A stretch of 10,432 bases of DNA from Pseudobdellovibrionaceae bacterium (lineage in GTDB: Bacteria > Bdellovibrionota > Bdellovibrionia > Bdellovibrionales > Bdellovibrionaceae), in assembly GCA_041288045.1 (NCBI GenBank), contig JBGGMM010000109.1, positions 1 to 10,432 on the forward strand, read 5' to 3'. Each line of letters begins with the position of its first letter. Positions within the stretch are counted from its first letter, which is position 1. Shown piece by piece: positions 8,235 through 10,432 of this stretch. Made by a program: the position numbers and the translations under genes. The notes beneath the pieces are model-generated. The model saw only the letters and a list, made by a program, of their open reading frames with translations, was not told the DNA's origin and made no database searches.

Positions 8235-9019
8235 AGCTTGAAGCCACACGATTACCGACATTTGCCAATGGGGTTCTGCAAGTTTGGAAAAGAAGCTACC
8301 TTCAGTTCAAACGATTTTGGCTGATGAACTTTTTCTGGATTGTGCTTGAGCCGTTGCTTCTTTTGCTGGCAATTGGTTATGGACTGGGGTCCTTTATTTC
8401 TGACATGAAGGGTGTGGCCTATGTGGATTTTTTTTTCCCGGCCCTTCTTTGCATGACTTCGATGTTTGTGTCGTTCTTTGAGTCGACTTATGGAAATTTT
8501 GCCAAGATGACTTATCAGAGAACCTATTCAACCATGATCTTAACCTCATTAGAGCCCAAGCAGATCATCGTTGGTGAAATTCTTTGGGCGACTTGCAAGG
8601 GAACATTCAGTGCAATTTCGGTGGCATTGATTGCCAGCTTCTTTGGCCACTTAAACAGTTTTTTGTATATCCCAGCTTTTTTGGTCATTTTTTTGTCTTC
8701 CTTTGTTTTTGCCACAATGGGGTTGCTGATCATGTCGATGGTGAAAAGCTTTGACGGAATCATTTATCCGACCTCGGGCCTGATTGTTCCCATGTCTCTT
8801 TTTTGTGGAACCTATTTTCCATTAGAGCAGTTGCCGTCGGTGATTAAATATTTCACCTATCTTTTGCCTTTGACTCATTCCGTGGCTTTGGTGAGAGGAA
8901 TGACATTGACGGGGATCAATTGGTGGCAGTTTTCTCTGCATTTGCTATTTTTAATTGGGCTTTCAAGCGTTCTTTTGCGATGGACAGTGGACCGTATCAC
9001 AAAAAAACTGATCCTTTAG
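8231..9019 (+). CDS. ABC-2 type transporter permease, NodJ-like
   Basis: 262 aa with about 6 hydrophobic segments. VWKR, EPL..L.AIGYGLG, FES.Y..F, GEILWA..KG, PM....GT.FPLEQLP, LPLTHSV.L.R motifs. ATGA overlap with the ATPase gene. Confidence 0.88.
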   Translation: MKLEATRLPTFANGVLQVWKRSYLQFKRFWLMNFFWIVLEPLLLLLAIGYGLGSFISDMKGVAYVDFFFPALLCMTSMFVSFFESTYGNFAKMTYQRTYSTMILTSLEPKQIIVGEILWATCKGTFSAISVALIASFFGHLNSFLYIPAFLVIFLSSFVFATMGLLIMSMVKSFDGIIYPTSGLIVPMSLFCGTYFPLEQLPSVIKYFTYLLPLTHSVALVRGMTLTGINWWQFSLHLLFLIGLSSVLLRWTVDRITKKLIL

Positions 9020-9867
9020 TCCGTTGCCTCTTCATCATAAATCAAAGCATCTTCTTCATCGATAAATTCGACAGAGGGATCGATCACTGGTGGCTCTTTG
9101 CCAGTCAAAAAATATTCCAGGTCAGCCTTTGCAGTGACATATTCATCTTCTGAAATCCGATTGTACTGATAAAGGCGATCAATGATTGTTGAAAGACGAT
9201 TTTGTGCAAAAGCAGTCAGTCTCTTTTTGTAAAAAGACTGTGAATAGACTTCGGGACTCGGTAAAAGAAAAGTCAAAAAGGCAGATTCCACAATACTCAG
9301 ATTGGCAGGAGTTTTATTAAAATAAAACTGAGCTGCCTTTTTAATTCCAAAAATATCTTTTCCAAACTGAACGACATTTAAATACCTCTCGAGGATCTCT
9401 TTTTTGGAGAGAGTTTTTTCGAGGCGGACCGTAATGACAGCTTCAAGGAGCTTTCGGGTCAGAGTTTTTTCCTTGGAGAGAAAAAGATTTTTGGCCAGCT
9501 GTTGAGTGATCGTCGACCCCCCTCGAGCATACCGACCCTTTTCCAAATTGGCCTTCAGGCTATTTTGCATTTCCTGCAGATCAAAACCTTGATGAGTCCA
9601 AAAACTGGAATCCTCCGTCAAGACAACGGCCTTCTGTAAGGACTGAGAAATATTCGAAATGCGAGTGTAGGATTCTGAACCCGGGCAGAGATAAACCTTA
9701 TATAGGTTGGTCGTCATGCAACCGCGAATTTTTTTATCAGAAGGGATTTGCGCCAATCCCCAAAGAAGAATGAAGGCAAAAATCAGAACAATAAGAAGGC
9801 TGACTTTCAAACTCAATGAGAGAGTGCGAAACCAAACCGGATTGAATTTTAAAGTTTTGAAAGCCAT
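9016..9867 (-). CDS. mtgA: Monofunctional biosynthetic peptidoglycan transglycosylase (GT51)
   Basis: N-terminal TM and GT51 motifs EDSSFWTHQGFD, RGGSTITQQLAKNLFL, RKLLE, KKEILERYLN, GI..AA.FYF; no transpeptidase domain. Start is ambiguous: ATG 9867 is preferred (purine-rich upstream, smaller overlap) over ATG 9885. Confidence 0.88.
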   Translation of the reverse strand: MAFKTLKFNPVWFRTLSLSLKVSLLIVLIFAFILLWGLAQIPSDKKIRGCMTTNLYKVYLCPGSESYTRISNISQSLQKAVVLTEDSSFWTHQGFDLQEMQNSLKANLEKGRYARGGSTITQQLAKNLFLSKEKTLTRKLLEAVITVRLEKTLSKKEILERYLNVVQFGKDIFGIKKAAQFYFNKTPANLSIVESAFLTFLLPSPEVYSQSFYKKRLTAFAQNRLSTIIDRLYQYNRISEDEYVTAKADLEYFLTGKEPPVIDPSVEFIDEEDALIYDEEATD

Positions 9868-10432
9868 CCGTTCTCTTTTATCCATTGAATGCTTTGGGAG
9901 ATTGCCATTTCAGCAGGCCGTGGCTTAAAGTCAAGTTCCCCCTGGGCTTTCGAAGAGTCAAACCAATGAAACAGTGTTGAAGTCCAAGCATTTTCACGAC
10001 TGATCGGTGATTTCATTCCGAGAACTGCCATGAAATCACCCAAAATCCCAATCCCATGCAACACAGGTCCTGGCAAAAGAATTTGTGGCGGGGCTTGCCC
10101 TGCTTCTTTTGCGATCATTTCAAAAAGACTGCGGATGGTCAGATTGTCTCCGGAAAGAATGTAGCGTTCACCTGTGCGACCTTTTTTCCAGGCGGAAACA
10201 ATGCCGTCCACAGCATCCTCAACAGCCACAACGTTCACTCCGCCAGAAGTGTAAAATTTGAATTTTCCCTGAGCGACTTTGAGCTGAGTTTTTCGGCTGC
10301 CTTTGCGAGCATCACCGGGTCCATAAATTGTACTGGGATTCAAGATGACCGCATCTAAGCGGTTTTTTTGACAAGCTTCTTTAACGATCAATTCAGCTTT
10401 TCTCTTGGTTTCAAAGTAACCCAAGTCCAAAT
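9849..10432 (-). CDS. NAD-dependent epimerase/dehydratase (extended SDR, dihydroflavonol reductase/HpnA-like), 3' part only
   Basis: Catalytic YxxxK (YFETK), NPSTIYGPGD, GGVNVV.VED...G......KGRTGERYIL.G.N, FDSSKA..EL.F.PRP. The Rossmann N-terminus is missing, so the gene starts beyond the window edge. Confidence 0.85.
   Translation of the reverse strand, partial: LDLGYFETKRKAELIVKEACQKNRLDAVILNPSTIYGPGDARKGSRKTQLKVAQGKFKFYTSGGVNVVAVEDAVDGIVSAWKKGRTGERYILSGDNLTIRSLFEMIAKEAGQAPPQILLPGPVLHGIGILGDFMAVLGMKSPISRENAWTSTLFHWFDSSKAQGELDFKPRPAEMAISQSIQWIKENGWLSKL

Noticed and set aside
8428..8436. T9 homopolymer in the permease gene (also A8 at 1823-1830 and T8 at 2685-2692)
   Set aside because: Reading frames are intact and the runs encode ordinary Phe or Lys stretches; too short to argue for phase variation.
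7302..9019. Calling the exporter true nodI/nodJ (Nod-factor export)
   Set aside because: No nodABC or symbiosis context, and NodIJ-like ABC-2 pairs are widespread outside rhizobia, so gene symbols were withheld.
533..10358. Remaining short (60-140 aa) alternative-frame and antisense ORFs in the track
   Set aside because: All overlap confidently identified genes and show no family motifs.
10428..10430. TTG start assigned to the SDR ORF by the track
   Set aside because: It lies just before the catalytic YxxxK and the N-terminal Rossmann fold is absent; the real start is outside the window.
1..10432. CRISPR arrays, tRNA/rRNA genes, transposases, integrases or defence systems
   Set aside because: None seen by eye. 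Coding density leaves only two gaps over 100 bp, and neither shows repeat-spacer or cloverleaf patterns.

Overview
Gene-dense bacterial chromosomal window of mostly conserved housekeeping and cell-envelope genes. Gene content and protein style are reminiscent of Bdellovibrionota/delta-proteobacteria (impression, not verified). + strand: 3' end of a probable astA-like gene, astD-like aldehyde dehydrogenase, mltG and a DCC/DUF393 thiol-disulfide oxidoreductase (chained by three ATGA overlaps), then a nitroreductase, dusB, typA/bipA and a NodI/NodJ-like ABC-2 exporter pair. - strand: an uncharacterised membrane-anchored DxDxDG (FG-GAP-like) protein wedged between the DCC and nitroreductase genes, mtgA, and the 3' part of an extended-SDR epimerase/dehydratase. 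I found no RNA gene, mobile element or CRISPR array. Most notable: (1) the antisense gene has 4-bp and 11-bp flanking gaps, and a near-consensus sigma70 promoter inside the nitroreductase's first codons is placed to give a leaderless mRNA (candidate noncontiguous operon); (2) the NodI-like ATPase has a degenerate ABC signature (LSSAM); (3) arginine-succinyltransferase pathway genes appear translationally coupled to mltG.
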